From the NCBI GenBank assembly GCA_965205025.1, contig CBDBFU010000031.1:49045-113044 (forward strand): a DNA stretch of 64,000 bases, given 5' to 3'. The DNA comes from Candidatus Poribacteria bacterium (GTDB taxonomy: Bacteria > Poribacteria > WGA-4E > WGA-3G). Position 1 is the first letter of the stretch; each line of letters starts with the position of its first letter. The notes under the pieces are model-generated. The model did not search any database. It worked only from the letters and a program-made list of their open reading frames with translations, and was not told the origin of the DNA. Positions 41,281 through 52,540 of the stretch are shown here, one piece after another. The translations under genes and the position numbers were made by a program.

Positions 41281-41610
41281 ATAAATCCTCATTACAATAA
41301 AGATTGGAAACTTAGAAATTAACATTATTTGTAATTCATATTATATTCAGGATACTGACCATGTCAATATCAAACTGCGAGATAACACGGTAATTTAGTT
41401 TTTAGTATTTCATGTTGATGGACTACGTAATGTTTAATTTGTGGGTTAGATTATGTTCGCGAAATCCTATATACATCAATTTATGCATTAAACTCTTTGT
41501 AGGAGGGGATTCTGATCCCAAATCTTAACTACAACGTATTGTGATTTGAAGAACATACCTTCCAGTTCTTTAATGCCATAAACTTTACATACCCATATAA
41601 ACCTAAATTC

Positions 41611-41639
41611 TTGACCTCGGGTTGTAAATGAAGTATAGT
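41611..41639 (+). promoter_or_regulatory. Sigma70-type promoter
   Basis: TTGACC-17-TATAGT upstream of the Gfo/Idh/MocA gene. Confidence 0.55.
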
Positions 41640-41685
41640 ATAATTTAATAATTAAATTCAGAAAATGTTATCAAATTGAAATATT

Positions 41686-42678
41686 ATGAAGCAAGATGTC
41701 AAGTCACCTGTAAAGTGGGGAATACTCAGTACAGCAAATATAGGAAAAAAAGTTGGTAAGGCAATTAATAAATCTCATAATGCTGAATTAGTAGCAATAG
41801 CCAGTAGAACTGAAGAACGTGCTACTTCTTGGGCAAAAGAACATAAAATCCCAATTGCCTATGGCAGTTATGATGACCTAATCTCCGATCCAACCTTAGA
41901 TGTCATTTATATTCCACTACCACCTTCGATGCATGCAGAATGGACTATCAAGGCTGCTGAACAAGGTAAACATGTACTGTGTGAGAAACCTTTATCCGCA
42001 AATACTGCTGAAGCAGAAGAGATGGCAAAAGTATGTAAACAGAATGCTGTTCAATTAATGGATGGTGTCATGTGGGTACACCATGATAGAACAAAAGAAA
42101 TGAAGAAACACCTTGAAAAGTTAGGGGAATTACGAAGAGTTACAACTGCATTCACATTCAGTTGGGATAAAATTCCTTACAATAATATTCGGGCAAAACC
42201 CGAACTTGCTGGTGGTAGTCTTGGAGACCTTGGTTATTACTGCATTCGTGCAATACTATGGGCATTTGAAGAAATACCTACTCAGGTTTTCGCAACAGCC
42301 CGATACATCAATGGTGTAGATTTTAATTTATCAGGTATTCTCTGGTTTGAAGATGATCGAATTGCAACAATGGATTGTGGTTTTGATACTGCACACAGAA
42401 AGTGGTTTGAGATTGCTGGGACAACAGCATCATTGGTATGTGATGATTTTACTGTACCTACTTCAGAAGAATCCTCACGTTTTTGGATTCATGGAACCAA
42501 TAATGAAAAGCATGAGATTGGAAAGTGTATTCAAGAAATTAATATGATTGAACACTTTTCAAATATAGTAATAAGTGGTTCTCTTGAAACACATTGGTCT
42601 GAGATCACGGAAAAGACCATGAAAATATGTGATGCACTTCGAAAATCTGCCCAGACTGAAAAAGTGGTTTTGCTCTAA
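41686..42678 (+). CDS. Gfo/Idh/MocA family oxidoreductase
   Basis: WGILSTANIG, GKHVLCEKP, GGSLGDLGYY. Confidence 0.9.
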   Translation: MKQDVKSPVKWGILSTANIGKKVGKAINKSHNAELVAIASRTEERATSWAKEHKIPIAYGSYDDLISDPTLDVIYIPLPPSMHAEWTIKAAEQGKHVLCEKPLSANTAEAEEMAKVCKQNAVQLMDGVMWVHHDRTKEMKKHLEKLGELRRVTTAFTFSWDKIPYNNIRAKPELAGGSLGDLGYYCIRAILWAFEEIPTQVFATARYINGVDFNLSGILWFEDDRIATMDCGFDTAHRKWFEIAGTTASLVCDDFTVPTSEESSRFWIHGTNNEKHEIGKCIQEINMIEHFSNIVISGSLETHWSEITEKTMKICDALRKSAQTEKVVLL

Positions 42679-42733
42679 TTAGATTAAATGAATAAAACAT
42701 TTTTTTCTTTTAACTCACGTTAACTTAATTATT

Positions 42734-43921
42734 ATGAAAATTACCAATATTGATAGTTTTGTTGTAGATGGCGGATGGCGTCCATGGATCTTTGTTAAAG
42801 TGGAAACTAACGAAGGTGTTACTGGATATGGTGAGTGTAGTGATGGAAGAAATCCACATGGTATTGTAGGTTGTATCAGGGACTTAACCCCTTTATTAAT
42901 AGACAAAGATCCACGACCTTACGAAATGCGGTTCTGGGATATGATACGCGGTTCAAGACAGAGTCCAGGAGGAGTTGTTGCAAAAGCTATTGCTGGAATT
43001 GAATGTGCACTTATCGATATCAAGGCAAAAGCATTAGGTATATCTGTGGTGGAACTGTTTGGTGGACCTACACGTGAAAATGTTAGAGTGTATTGGTCCC
43101 ATTGTGGAAGTTCCCGTGTGAATAATTACGAACTACTGGGGGTTCGCCCGTTAAGAACGATGAATGACATTTCACTCTTGGGACGAGAAGTGATATCAAA
43201 AGGGTTTACAGCACTTAAAACAAACATAATCATTCCAGGTAATCCTGCTTCTGTCTATTTTCCTGGCTTTGGATCAGGACCAGGAACTACTGATGGAAAT
43301 GTATCGAACCGTCTTCTTAGTCATATAGAGGAGTTAATTGGAACTTTCCGCCAAGCGGTAGGAAATGATGTTGACATTAATCTTGATCTAAACTTTAACT
43401 TTAAACCTGAAGCCTGCATGCGAATCGCTAAAGTGTTAGAAAAGTTCGACTTGCTATGGTTAGAAATTGACATGTATGATCATGAAGCAATCCGTCAAAT
43501 AAAAGAATCTACATCAACAAAAATCTGTACTGGAGAAAATTTATATTATATGCATGACTACCTTCCGTATTTTAATTCCCGTGCAGCAGATGTTTTTATG
43601 ATAGATGTTCCATGGAATGGATTCTCTCAATCTAAGAAAATAGGTGATTTAGCTGATGTATATCAGCTCAATATTGCTCCTCATAATTACTATAGTCATT
43701 TAGCAACATTTATGAGTGCCAGTCTTTGTGCTGTAGTTCCTAATGTACGAATAATGGAAGTAGACATTGATGATGTCCCGTGGAAAGATGTATTAACTAC
43801 TAACGTGCCGGATATCTCTGATGGTTATATGAAAGTACCTACTGAACCCGGGTGGGGTACAGATTTAAATGAAGAAGTAGTAAATGCACATCTTTGGAAG
43901 AATACAAGAGGTGAATGGTAG
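42734..43921 (+). CDS. Mandelate racemase / muconate lactonizing enzyme family (sugar-acid dehydratase-like)
   Basis: FVKVETNEGVTGYGE, ALIDIKAKALG, ICTGENL, IAPHN, PGWGTDLNEE. Confidence 0.9.
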   Translation: MKITNIDSFVVDGGWRPWIFVKVETNEGVTGYGECSDGRNPHGIVGCIRDLTPLLIDKDPRPYEMRFWDMIRGSRQSPGGVVAKAIAGIECALIDIKAKALGISVVELFGGPTRENVRVYWSHCGSSRVNNYELLGVRPLRTMNDISLLGREVISKGFTALKTNIIIPGNPASVYFPGFGSGPGTTDGNVSNRLLSHIEELIGTFRQAVGNDVDINLDLNFNFKPEACMRIAKVLEKFDLLWLEIDMYDHEAIRQIKESTSTKICTGENLYYMHDYLPYFNSRAADVFMIDVPWNGFSQSKKIGDLADVYQLNIAPHNYYSHLATFMSASLCAVVPNVRIMEVDIDDVPWKDVLTTNVPDISDGYMKVPTEPGWGTDLNEEVVNAHLWKNTRGEW

Positions 43922-43943
43922 TATGAAGGAGAAAACTGACTAA

Positions 43944-46900
43944 ATGAATAGTGATAACACAAGTATAATACAAGAACTTCATGCTGCACGTGAGAAATTA
44001 CTTGATTTAACATTACGAAACAAACTACTAAATTACAGAACAAGTAAACTTAGGACAATTCAGGTCATTGATGAGATCCCAAAAGAGATATTTGATATTC
44101 TTGTTCTAAATGAACAAGGGATGCATTTTAAACATAGAGACAAAACCTTAAATGAAATAACTTTAGAAACTTCAGATGAATGTGAAGATCTTGATATGCC
44201 GTGGTTATATGTTGAAGATGTATCAAGGCATCAGACTGATAAACTCCTGCAAACAAATTTGTCAAACGATGATCTTCAAAAACGTCTATATTATATTAAT
44301 CAACAAGCACGGTCAGTGTTTGAAGAACAAGGATATTCAGTATTACATCTTGCTCTTGGTTTCTTAAAATGGTTTGATCAAGATAAAACCGAAAAAGAAA
44401 ATATTGCCCCCCTACTCTTAATCCCTGTTGAACTTGATCGAGATAAGAATCGATCACAATTTACACTTAAATGGAGTCAAGCAGATCTTGTTCCGAATCT
44501 ATCTCTTGAAGCCAAACTTGCTGATCAAGGTATCTCACTACCCTTACTTGAAAACCCAATTGATAAGACTGAAATTGATGATTACTTTCAGTCTGTAGGG
44601 GATGCAGTATCAAATTACAGTGATTGGCAGGTAATACCTGATATATTCCTTGATTTCTTCAGTTTTACTAAATTTGTTATGTATAAAGATTTAGAACCTG
44701 ATGTATGGGATGTGAGTAATCATCCTTTACTGGGTTTAGTATTAGGAAATGTAGAAAATTCTTTAGATAATGAAGGTTTTAATGCTGCTGAAATTGATAA
44801 CATATTGTCAAGTAAAGATGTATACCATGTCATGGATGCTGATTCATCTCAAATTGCCGTTATAGAAGATATAAAAAAAGGAAAAAATCTGGTGGTTGAA
44901 GGACCACCTGGCACTGGAAAATCACAGACAATTACGAATATTATTGCTGAATTACTTTCTATGGGTAAGAAAGTATTATTTGTTAGTGAAAAAATGGCAG
45001 CACTTGAAGTAGTAAAACATCGATTGGATAATGTTGGATTAGGTGAATTCTGTTTAGAACTACATAGCCATAAGTCAAATAAACGAGAAGTCTTACAAGA
45101 ATTAGAACGCACTATGTCTACACAAATTAAAACCAGTTATGGACACATGGATTCATTTAGACAACTTGATTTGTTGAAAACCGATTTAAATGATTATGTT
45201 AATGGCATACATTTTCCTATAGGACAAACCCAAAAATCCTTGATAGAAACTTTCATTATTCGCGATAAAGCTAAACAACATTTTTGTAATCTTAAAAAAG
45301 AATTACCAAGTATAAAATTTCCCAACCTCAGCGATTCAGATCTAAGTGCCTGGGAAGAAGCTATAAGACAATTAGAAAAAATTGCGGTCATTATGCCGCG
45401 TGTCTCGCCGATCTCCGAACATCCCTGGCAAGGTTGTTTAACTGGAATTATCACACCAGAGAAACAAGAACTAATATATAAACATATTAAAGATCTACAA
45501 GATGCATGTAATAAATTATATACAGTTTTCTCACATTTAGAATCTGAATATGGTATTCGTATACCAAAAAATATTGAATCAATTAATCATCATTTAATGG
45601 CTGCAGAAATTGTAGATAACCCATTTTCGGTAAATCCTGAAGTATTACTAAACCAGAAATGGGATACATTTAGTGATGAAGCAAAAGATCTTATTGAAAA
45701 AGTAGAAATTATTGCGGAAGCAAAGAAAAAGTTTATGGCATGGACTTTGGAAACCGATCCAAGATTGAAACTTGATACTGATTATATCATGAAACTTGCT
45801 GAAGAATATGAGAAGTACTATTACCTACCTCGATGGAAAAGATACTTTAGTTGGACATATAGGAAAGAAATTAAAACTCCAATAAAGAGTTATTTTAAAC
45901 ATGCAATGCCAAAAGATCCAGATATTCTTAGAATTAACCTGAAAGAACTATCTGATTGTATCAACATGAAGGATCAGATGGAATGGGAAATGGCTGCGAC
46001 GCAAATAGGTCCATCACTCTTTGGTGAACAGTGGAAAGAGGATGATAGCAATCCTGAAGTGTTAAGGAAATTCGGAGAATGGATCATTACATTTCGGCAG
46101 TTTTTACGGGATGGAACATTTACTGAAGAATCTGTGAATATTGTGAGTAAGCGGATTTTTGAAACACCACTGAATTCCATTAAAGACTATTTAGAATTAG
46201 CAATAAATGAATTCAAAAAACATTGTAATTTATTATATGAATGTTTAGGAACTGATACCGAGTCAATATTTAACACAAATCCTGAGTTAGTTTTCTTCAA
46301 TGATCTTAATTCTCGACTTGAATTATGGGAAAAAGAAAGAGATAAATTACATACTTGGGGGCAATTCTCAGAATTAATTATCACTGGTAAGAAAACCATT
46401 GCAGCACAACTGCTTGAATATATTCCTAAACTAAATCCTGAAGACCTTGTTCCATGTTTCAAGGCAAACTATGCAGATTCACTGCTTCAGGATTCGATAT
46501 TAAAAAACCAGTCATTGAGAGAATTTGTTACTGAGATACATGAGAACAAGATCACAAATTTCCAAAAACTTGATACTAACAGTCTTGAATTAAATAGAAT
46601 TAGACTCATTTCAGAACTACAGCAACAACGACCACGCTTATTTGATGGGGCATCCAAAGAATCAGAAATCGGTATTTTACAAGGACAGTTTAATCGCAAA
46701 CGTGGTCATATGCCAATAAGAAAATTACTGTCTGCTATAGGTGGTTTAATACAGAAAGTCAAACCATGTTTTATGATGAGTCCATTGTCTGTTGCACAAT
46801 TTTGTGATCCTGCAAATATTGAATTTGATGTGATTGTATTTGATGAAGCAAGTCAGATTCGTCCGGAGGATGCTCTTGGCGCGATGATACGGGCAAAACA

Positions 46901-48704
46901 AGCTGTAGTTTTAGGGGATACACGACAACTCCCACCCACACGATTCTTTGATAGTATTGTTGAAGATTTCGGACACGATGGTGATCAAGATTACACAACA
47001 ACAATAACTGATGTTGAAAGTATTTTACATCAATGTAGACAGAGTTTCCCAGTTAAACAATTAAAATGGCACTATAGAAGCAGACATGAATCTCTCATTG
47101 CAATATCAAACCAAGAGTTTTATGAGAATGAGTTATTAATCTTCCCATCACCATTTGATAATACTGACCATTTAGGTTTGAAGTTTATACACATACCAAA
47201 TTCTGTATATAGTCGGGGTGGGAGTTCAGCAAATAGAATTGAAGCAGAAGTTGTCGTCCAAGCAGCCTTTGACCACTATAAAAAGTTTCCTGATAAGAGT
47301 CTGGGGATTGGGACATTCAATATGAGTCAACAACAGACTATACTTGATGAAGTCGAACGGCAATTACATTCCAATCCAGAAATGAATGAGTTTTTTTCAG
47401 CAACAAGAGATGAGCACTTTTTTGTAAAAAACCTTGAGACAATTCAAGGGGATGAACGTGATACAATTTTTCTTAGTATTGGTTATGGTAAAGATGAAAA
47501 TGGAAAGTTGTATAGAAATTTTGGTCCTTTGAATCATGAAGGTGGAGAACGACGATTAAATGTACTTATTACACGGGCTCGTGAAAAGTGTGTAGTTTTC
47601 TCTAATTTTAAAGCAAGTGATCTTCATTTAGATGCAAATGCACCATTTGGAACAAAAGCATTGAAGATGTTCCTTGACTATGCAGAAAATAAAAATAATG
47701 TAAGAAGTAAAAATTCTGAAGGTGAGATGGATACACCTTTTGAGGATGCAGTCTATGACTATATTCATAGTCTTGGGTATGACATTCGTAAGCAAGTTGG
47801 ATGTGCTGGATATAGAATTGACCTTGGAATTATAGATCCACAATCTCCTGGTCGTTACTTGATTGGCATTGAGTGTGACGGAAAACAGTATTTCAATGCA
47901 CCTGTTGCAAGAGACCGAGACCGATTACGTCAACAAGTCCTAAAAGGATTAGGTTGGAATTTACATAGGGTATGGTCAATGGAATGGTACCAAGACCGTG
48001 ACAATACAAAACAAAGATTGTTGAAAGCAATTGAAAAAGCCAAAACATCTATTCCTTCAGAATCAGATCCAACACCTATTCCAGATAATGATAAAATCAA
48101 AGTAGAGAGTGAACTTAAACCTAAAAAGCAACCTGTACTTGAAACTATTCATGAACCAACAATACCACACTATACCGAATGTAATGATTTAGCAATACCA
48201 ATTTCTGGGGAATTACATCTTCAAGATCCACTCAATATTGCCCAAGCAGTTTCAAATATAGTAAATGTAGAGAGTCCAGTACATTTAGAACAGGTAGTTA
48301 TACGGCTACGAACTCTGTGGGGGTTAGCAAAAGCGGGGAAACGAATTAGAATGACTATTGAAAAAGGAGTCAGTGTAGCAGAAAGAAGTAATCTAATAAA
48401 AAGAAAAGGAGTTTTTCTTTGGTCTGTGGATCATGAAGATATACAAATACGGAAACGTGAAAAACCTAAGATAGAATGGATCTGTGATGAAGAAATATAT
48501 GAAGCAATCATCCTTGTATTAAAATTACAAGGAGCAATTACTCTGGATTCACTCATTTCTGAAGGAATCAAATTATTTGGATATAAAGCGACAAGTAATT
48601 CAGTTTCAGCGTATGTGAAGAATATTGTTAATAAGAGGATTTGTGATGGTGATTTAGAACTAACTGGAAATGGTATGATACAAGCTTCCACCAAAAACAC
48701 ATGA
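43944..48704 (+). CDS. DUF4011 - SF1 helicase - Vsr-like nuclease - DUF3320 protein (Hhe-like)
   Basis: KLLDLTLRNKLLN; GPPGTGKSQT; DEASQ; GDTRQLPP; HYRS; QGDERD; RLNVLITRAR; YRIDLGI...GIECDG; C-terminal VESPVH. Confidence 0.9.
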   Translation: MNSDNTSIIQELHAAREKLLDLTLRNKLLNYRTSKLRTIQVIDEIPKEIFDILVLNEQGMHFKHRDKTLNEITLETSDECEDLDMPWLYVEDVSRHQTDKLLQTNLSNDDLQKRLYYINQQARSVFEEQGYSVLHLALGFLKWFDQDKTEKENIAPLLLIPVELDRDKNRSQFTLKWSQADLVPNLSLEAKLADQGISLPLLENPIDKTEIDDYFQSVGDAVSNYSDWQVIPDIFLDFFSFTKFVMYKDLEPDVWDVSNHPLLGLVLGNVENSLDNEGFNAAEIDNILSSKDVYHVMDADSSQIAVIEDIKKGKNLVVEGPPGTGKSQTITNIIAELLSMGKKVLFVSEKMAALEVVKHRLDNVGLGEFCLELHSHKSNKREVLQELERTMSTQIKTSYGHMDSFRQLDLLKTDLNDYVNGIHFPIGQTQKSLIETFIIRDKAKQHFCNLKKELPSIKFPNLSDSDLSAWEEAIRQLEKIAVIMPRVSPISEHPWQGCLTGIITPEKQELIYKHIKDLQDACNKLYTVFSHLESEYGIRIPKNIESINHHLMAAEIVDNPFSVNPEVLLNQKWDTFSDEAKDLIEKVEIIAEAKKKFMAWTLETDPRLKLDTDYIMKLAEEYEKYYYLPRWKRYFSWTYRKEIKTPIKSYFKHAMPKDPDILRINLKELSDCINMKDQMEWEMAATQIGPSLFGEQWKEDDSNPEVLRKFGEWIITFRQFLRDGTFTEESVNIVSKRIFETPLNSIKDYLELAINEFKKHCNLLYECLGTDTESIFNTNPELVFFNDLNSRLELWEKERDKLHTWGQFSELIITGKKTIAAQLLEYIPKLNPEDLVPCFKANYADSLLQDSILKNQSLREFVTEIHENKITNFQKLDTNSLELNRIRLISELQQQRPRLFDGASKESEIGILQGQFNRKRGHMPIRKLLSAIGGLIQKVKPCFMMSPLSVAQFCDPANIEFDVIVFDEASQIRPEDALGAMIRAKQAVVLGDTRQLPPTRFFDSIVEDFGHDGDQDYTTTITDVESILHQCRQSFPVKQLKWHYRSRHESLIAISNQEFYENELLIFPSPFDNTDHLGLKFIHIPNSVYSRGGSSANRIEAEVVVQAAFDHYKKFPDKSLGIGTFNMSQQQTILDEVERQLHSNPEMNEFFSATRDEHFFVKNLETIQGDERDTIFLSIGYGKDENGKLYRNFGPLNHEGGERRLNVLITRAREKCVVFSNFKASDLHLDANAPFGTKALKMFLDYAENKNNVRSKNSEGEMDTPFEDAVYDYIHSLGYDIRKQVGCAGYRIDLGIIDPQSPGRYLIGIECDGKQYFNAPVARDRDRLRQQVLKGLGWNLHRVWSMEWYQDRDNTKQRLLKAIEKAKTSIPSESDPTPIPDNDKIKVESELKPKKQPVLETIHEPTIPHYTECNDLAIPISGELHLQDPLNIAQAVSNIVNVESPVHLEQVVIRLRTLWGLAKAGKRIRMTIEKGVSVAERSNLIKRKGVFLWSVDHEDIQIRKREKPKIEWICDEEIYEAIILVLKLQGAITLDSLISEGIKLFGYKATSNSVSAYVKNIVNKRICDGDLELTGNGMIQASTKNT

Positions 48705-48717
48705 TACTAATAGGTAA

Positions 48718-49566
48718 TTAAGTCGCAACTGCATCACCACCTAAATTCTCTTGTATCCAAGCTCTAAGTGGTACATCTTTATCACCAGGTGATGTATACC
48801 CCATCCCACCAGTACTCTTACCAAGAATCTGTTGTCGAATTGGATCTGACTTCTCCATAAAATGTTCTACTGTCATATCATCACGGGGTTGTAACCATCT
48901 ATAACTATATCCATAAAACAACACTTTACGTGTGATATCTGATGTATTTCGACCTACCGCATGCCATAATCTACGATCAAAAAATACAGCTGTCCCAGGC
49001 TTTGCATAAACAGGAATAGCATTTTCAGGATCAGTTCTATCATCATCTGGCATTTGTAGACTATTCAATTTTTGACTTCCAGGTATAACACTAAAATTTC
49101 CACGTCCTGGGACAGAAGTATCTGTTAGAAAGTAGGCGACTTTAAGCGAAACTCGTGGCCGTGGATTGCCTTCAAGTTCAATATTCAGACGTCCACTATC
49201 CTGATGCCATCCAAGACGACCTTTTTTCTTTCGTTCTTCTTCTGGCATAGGTGGTAAAGCAATCAGATGTGAATGATATAGTTTTATATTCCATCCTAAA
49301 ATACCCCATACTTTTGGAAAAGTCTTATACCAATCCAATAACTCTATAAATATCTCATCTCTACCAACAAAGTCAAGTATATTAAATCTGGCATCAGATG
49401 GTAATTTGTCCTTACCAAGATGTTCTGCACCCACACGATCAAATGCAGTTATCAACTTCTCAACCTTATCTATGGGTAGAGCATCTTCAACAATAAAGAA
49501 ACCATTATCTTCAAATTCCTGTTTTTCATCTTCTGTTATACAGTATTCTAAACATTGCCGATCCAT
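48718..49566 (-). CDS. Phytanoyl-CoA dioxygenase (PhyH) family protein
   Basis: FEDNGFFIVEDAL, WHQD, VIPGS, PGTAVFFDRRLWHA. Confidence 0.9.
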   Translation of the reverse strand: MDRQCLEYCITEDEKQEFEDNGFFIVEDALPIDKVEKLITAFDRVGAEHLGKDKLPSDARFNILDFVGRDEIFIELLDWYKTFPKVWGILGWNIKLYHSHLIALPPMPEEERKKKGRLGWHQDSGRLNIELEGNPRPRVSLKVAYFLTDTSVPGRGNFSVIPGSQKLNSLQMPDDDRTDPENAIPVYAKPGTAVFFDRRLWHAVGRNTSDITRKVLFYGYSYRWLQPRDDMTVEHFMEKSDPIRQQILGKSTGGMGYTSPGDKDVPLRAWIQENLGGDAVAT

Positions 49567-49603
49567 AATTCACTCCTGTTCAACAAAGTTAGAAAGGATT
49601 ATT

Positions 49604-50724
49604 CTATAGTGTAGGTTTAAGTTCGTTTTTTCTAAAGGAATCCATTTCATCTTTCTTAGACTTCGGATTATCTTGTCTTGAGATAATCTGTCTTATTTTA
49701 TTGATTGAACACCAAAATCTCCAAAAATTAACCCCAGCAGCAAAAAGAAAACCAACCCCTATAATTCCAAATGTAATGCCACCAAAAATCCATTCAGGTT
49801 TTCTAATACTACCCCATACTGAGGAAAGAATTAAAAATAGAGCGATAAAAGTATCTGTAATACCGTTTTTTCTTGAACGCTTTTTTATATGATGTAGATT
49901 GTTTAACTTCTTCTTATGTATATATTCTTCAACATGTTCTATTTTAACTTGAGGTGGTTTAGATGAATCTGCATCAACATCCTGCACACATCTGAAACCG
50001 ATATTATCTCCCATATAATCAGGTGGGGAATGTAAGCGATTTGCACATCTATAGTATCTCTCAGCAGTTCCATCACGTGCTTCCATCCATGATCCACCTC
50101 TTAATACAAAGTGATTTGTATTAATATTCTCTTGAGACTGGTTATTAGATACGGGATAGGACATATATGAATCTGATGTCCATTCCCATACACCTCCCAC
50201 AGTATCACAAACACCATATAGGCTTATATTTTTAGCATACATTCCAATTGGAGTCAATTCAGTCGAATAATACTTCGAATCAACAGTTAAGGTAAATCTG
50301 GACCTGCGAACTTCAGGATTAAGAATATCTCCCCAAGGATAAATTCTTCCATCAGGACCGCGTGCTGCTTTTTCCCATTCTGCTTCAGTTGGTAATCTTT
50401 TACCTATCCAGTCTGCATACGCCTGACAATCGTACCAACTCACCTGTATCACAGGTTTATTCTCATCTATAGTCGATAAATCACCATTTTTCCAATGTGA
50501 AGGTGACGAATAACCAGTTTCTCTTACAAAAACAGCATACTCCGCATTAGTAACAGGAAACTTATCTATACGGTATGATTCTAAATGTCGTGCATGGATA
50601 GGAGCTTCATCGAGTTTGGCATATTTACATTGTTCTAAAATAGTTCCATAGAAAGGCTCAATATCTGTTCCCATAATGAACGCACCAGATGGAATAAGAA
50701 TAGTGGTTCTGTTTTTTCAACCAT
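49604..50724 (-). CDS. Formylglycine-generating enzyme (SUMF1/EgtB/PvdO) family protein with C-terminal TM helices; apparent 1-nt deletion in an A6 run near the start
   Basis: YRIDKFPVTNAEY, KRLPTEAEWEKAARG, GVWEWT, VLRGGSW, NIGFRC; upstream in-frame ILIPSGAFIMG joins ATG 50724 if the A-run is 7 long. Confidence 0.85.
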
Positions 50725-51521
50725 TAAATTAAGTTACCAGTTGACTTATTGAAGTTCCATGCGTTAGTGATATATTTTGAATTAGCTAAATCATCAGCTT
50801 TGTTATATTCATTGTCTGTAAGTTCATCTGTAAAAAACTCAATATCAAAATCAAATGTATCAGATATTACCGAAATGAGTTCCTCTCTTAGGATGGATCT
50901 ACCGTTCTTATTTACTGCAGCTGACTCGAATAATAATTTTTCTTGAATTATCGGATCTTTTGAGGCATTTCTAAGCATTTTTCTTGGAGGTATATTTAAT
51001 GAAATATAGCCCTGAAATAAAAATCCATTTCTATTCCGTCTGACAGAAACACCTGCTACTTTATTACCATCACAGATTACATCATTCTCTGCAATATTTA
51101 TAAGACAATTATTCTGTGTTGTAGAAACAGACTTAGATGAATTAATTTCTGTTGGAATTCTCAGCTTATTAAATGCTAATTTTAGATAATTTCCTATGAA
51201 TCGATATATTTCTGAGACAGGTAACTCATTATTTTCACGTGGAAGGATTAATGTATAGGTTAAATCCCATCCATGTATGACTGTTCCTCCACCTGTCAGC
51301 CTTTTAACTAATTCGATTCCTTCAGAACAGCATAGGTCAACATCAACTTCGGATACAATATCTTGAAAATACCCAAAACTGTATGCAGGAGATTCCCAAT
51401 CATAGAATCTAAGTGTAGGATTGGGATGATTGAACTGTGCTCTCATGAGAGACTCATCAATAGCCATATTCATTGCAGCACAGTTCTTACCCATTATCAG
51501 AAGTCGTCCTCTTCTTTTCAT
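50724..51521 (-). CDS. Lipoate-protein ligase A / octanoyltransferase (LipM-like)
   Basis: NMAIDESL, PTLRFYDW, VKRLTGGGTVIH, KVAGVS; TAATG coupling at 51521. Confidence 0.85.
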   Translation of the reverse strand: MKRRGRLLIMGKNCAAMNMAIDESLMRAQFNHPNPTLRFYDWESPAYSFGYFQDIVSEVDVDLCCSEGIELVKRLTGGGTVIHGWDLTYTLILPRENNELPVSEIYRFIGNYLKLAFNKLRIPTEINSSKSVSTTQNNCLINIAENDVICDGNKVAGVSVRRNRNGFLFQGYISLNIPPRKMLRNASKDPIIQEKLLFESAAVNKNGRSILREELISVISDTFDFDIEFFTDELTDNEYNKADDLANSKYITNAWNFNKSTGNLI

Positions 51522-52153
51522 TAGGATAATGGAACACGACACACAGCAGTGGAATGTGCATCACAATACCAGAAATACCCATCCCAATATGTCATTCCAT
51601 GAGGTTCCGGATGCGGTTCAGGTATATCAATTTTTCCAAGTTTAGACCCATCTTCAGGATTTAGACGGTATATAGCACGGTGGTTCGTTTCTATACACCA
51701 AAGATCATCATCGACCCAAGCCAATCCGTGTGGTCTGTCATCAGGTGCAGGTATGGTATGAATAACTTTAAAATCGTCGTCCACATCTACTTGATATATA
51801 GTAGCAGATGGTGGCACGGCAACCCATAATTTGTTATCACGCCATTCAAGCCCATGTGCACCAGTCTCACCTGATCCTGGTGTTTCATAGATGTTGATTG
51901 TCTCCCCATTTTCAGGATTAGCTGATAGAATTTCGCAACTATAGGTAGATGCTAACCAAAGTGTATCTCCAGTATCAGTTATACCACTTCCTCTATCTGA
52001 ATCGGTATCAAAGGCTTTCTTTACTTCACCATCAAACGAAACCAAATGAACTTCGTTACTATGTTGATCAATTATCCACAAACCCTCTTCAGTAGCCTGC
52101 ATACCATTTGGATGTGGTCCTGGTGAGTCAAAAAGTCTTTCTACTTTTGACAT
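51521..52153 (-). CDS. Small beta-propeller protein (glutaminyl cyclase / NHL-like repeats)
   Basis: Repeated P-x-G-[LM]-x-W-x-x-x-x-LW blades: PHPNGMQATEEGLW, AHGLEWRDNKLW, PHGLAWVDDDLW, PHGMTYWDGYFW. Confidence 0.7.
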   Translation of the reverse strand: MSKVERLFDSPGPHPNGMQATEEGLWIIDQHSNEVHLVSFDGEVKKAFDTDSDRGSGITDTGDTLWLASTYSCEILSANPENGETINIYETPGSGETGAHGLEWRDNKLWVAVPPSATIYQVDVDDDFKVIHTIPAPDDRPHGLAWVDDDLWCIETNHRAIYRLNPEDGSKLGKIDIPEPHPEPHGMTYWDGYFWYCDAHSTAVCRVPLS

Positions 52154-52540
52154 TATATTGCTCCAATTAAGAAAAATTTAGGTGAATTGTATGCACTATA
52201 AAAAAATGTGTCAAGTTATTTCAATCTTATATCAGGGTTATTTAGTTTTAAGAATTCTCATTTTATGATGTTAACCACGAGTTTAGGATTTGAAGCATAA
52301 TATCTCATCATATCAGCAATCTGTGTAGCTCCTATGAACCGGAATACGGATAATGCTGTATTTTGCAATGCTGCCATAATTTGTGGCATAGCACCACATC
52401 GGACAGGTTATTTACATACCACCCCTGTGTTTATGATTGCTTGACAAAAGGGTTTTTGTGTCAAAAGTGCGCCTGTTGTGATGACTTTATTTGATGTGAT
52501 AAAATACACCAGAAAACCGAAAACTAAATAACCCTGACTG

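Noticed and set aside
52160-52540. Possible att site or element end at the left border of the GC-richer island
   Set aside because: No direct repeat matching the right border and no tRNA or integrase found; only weak imperfect palindromes
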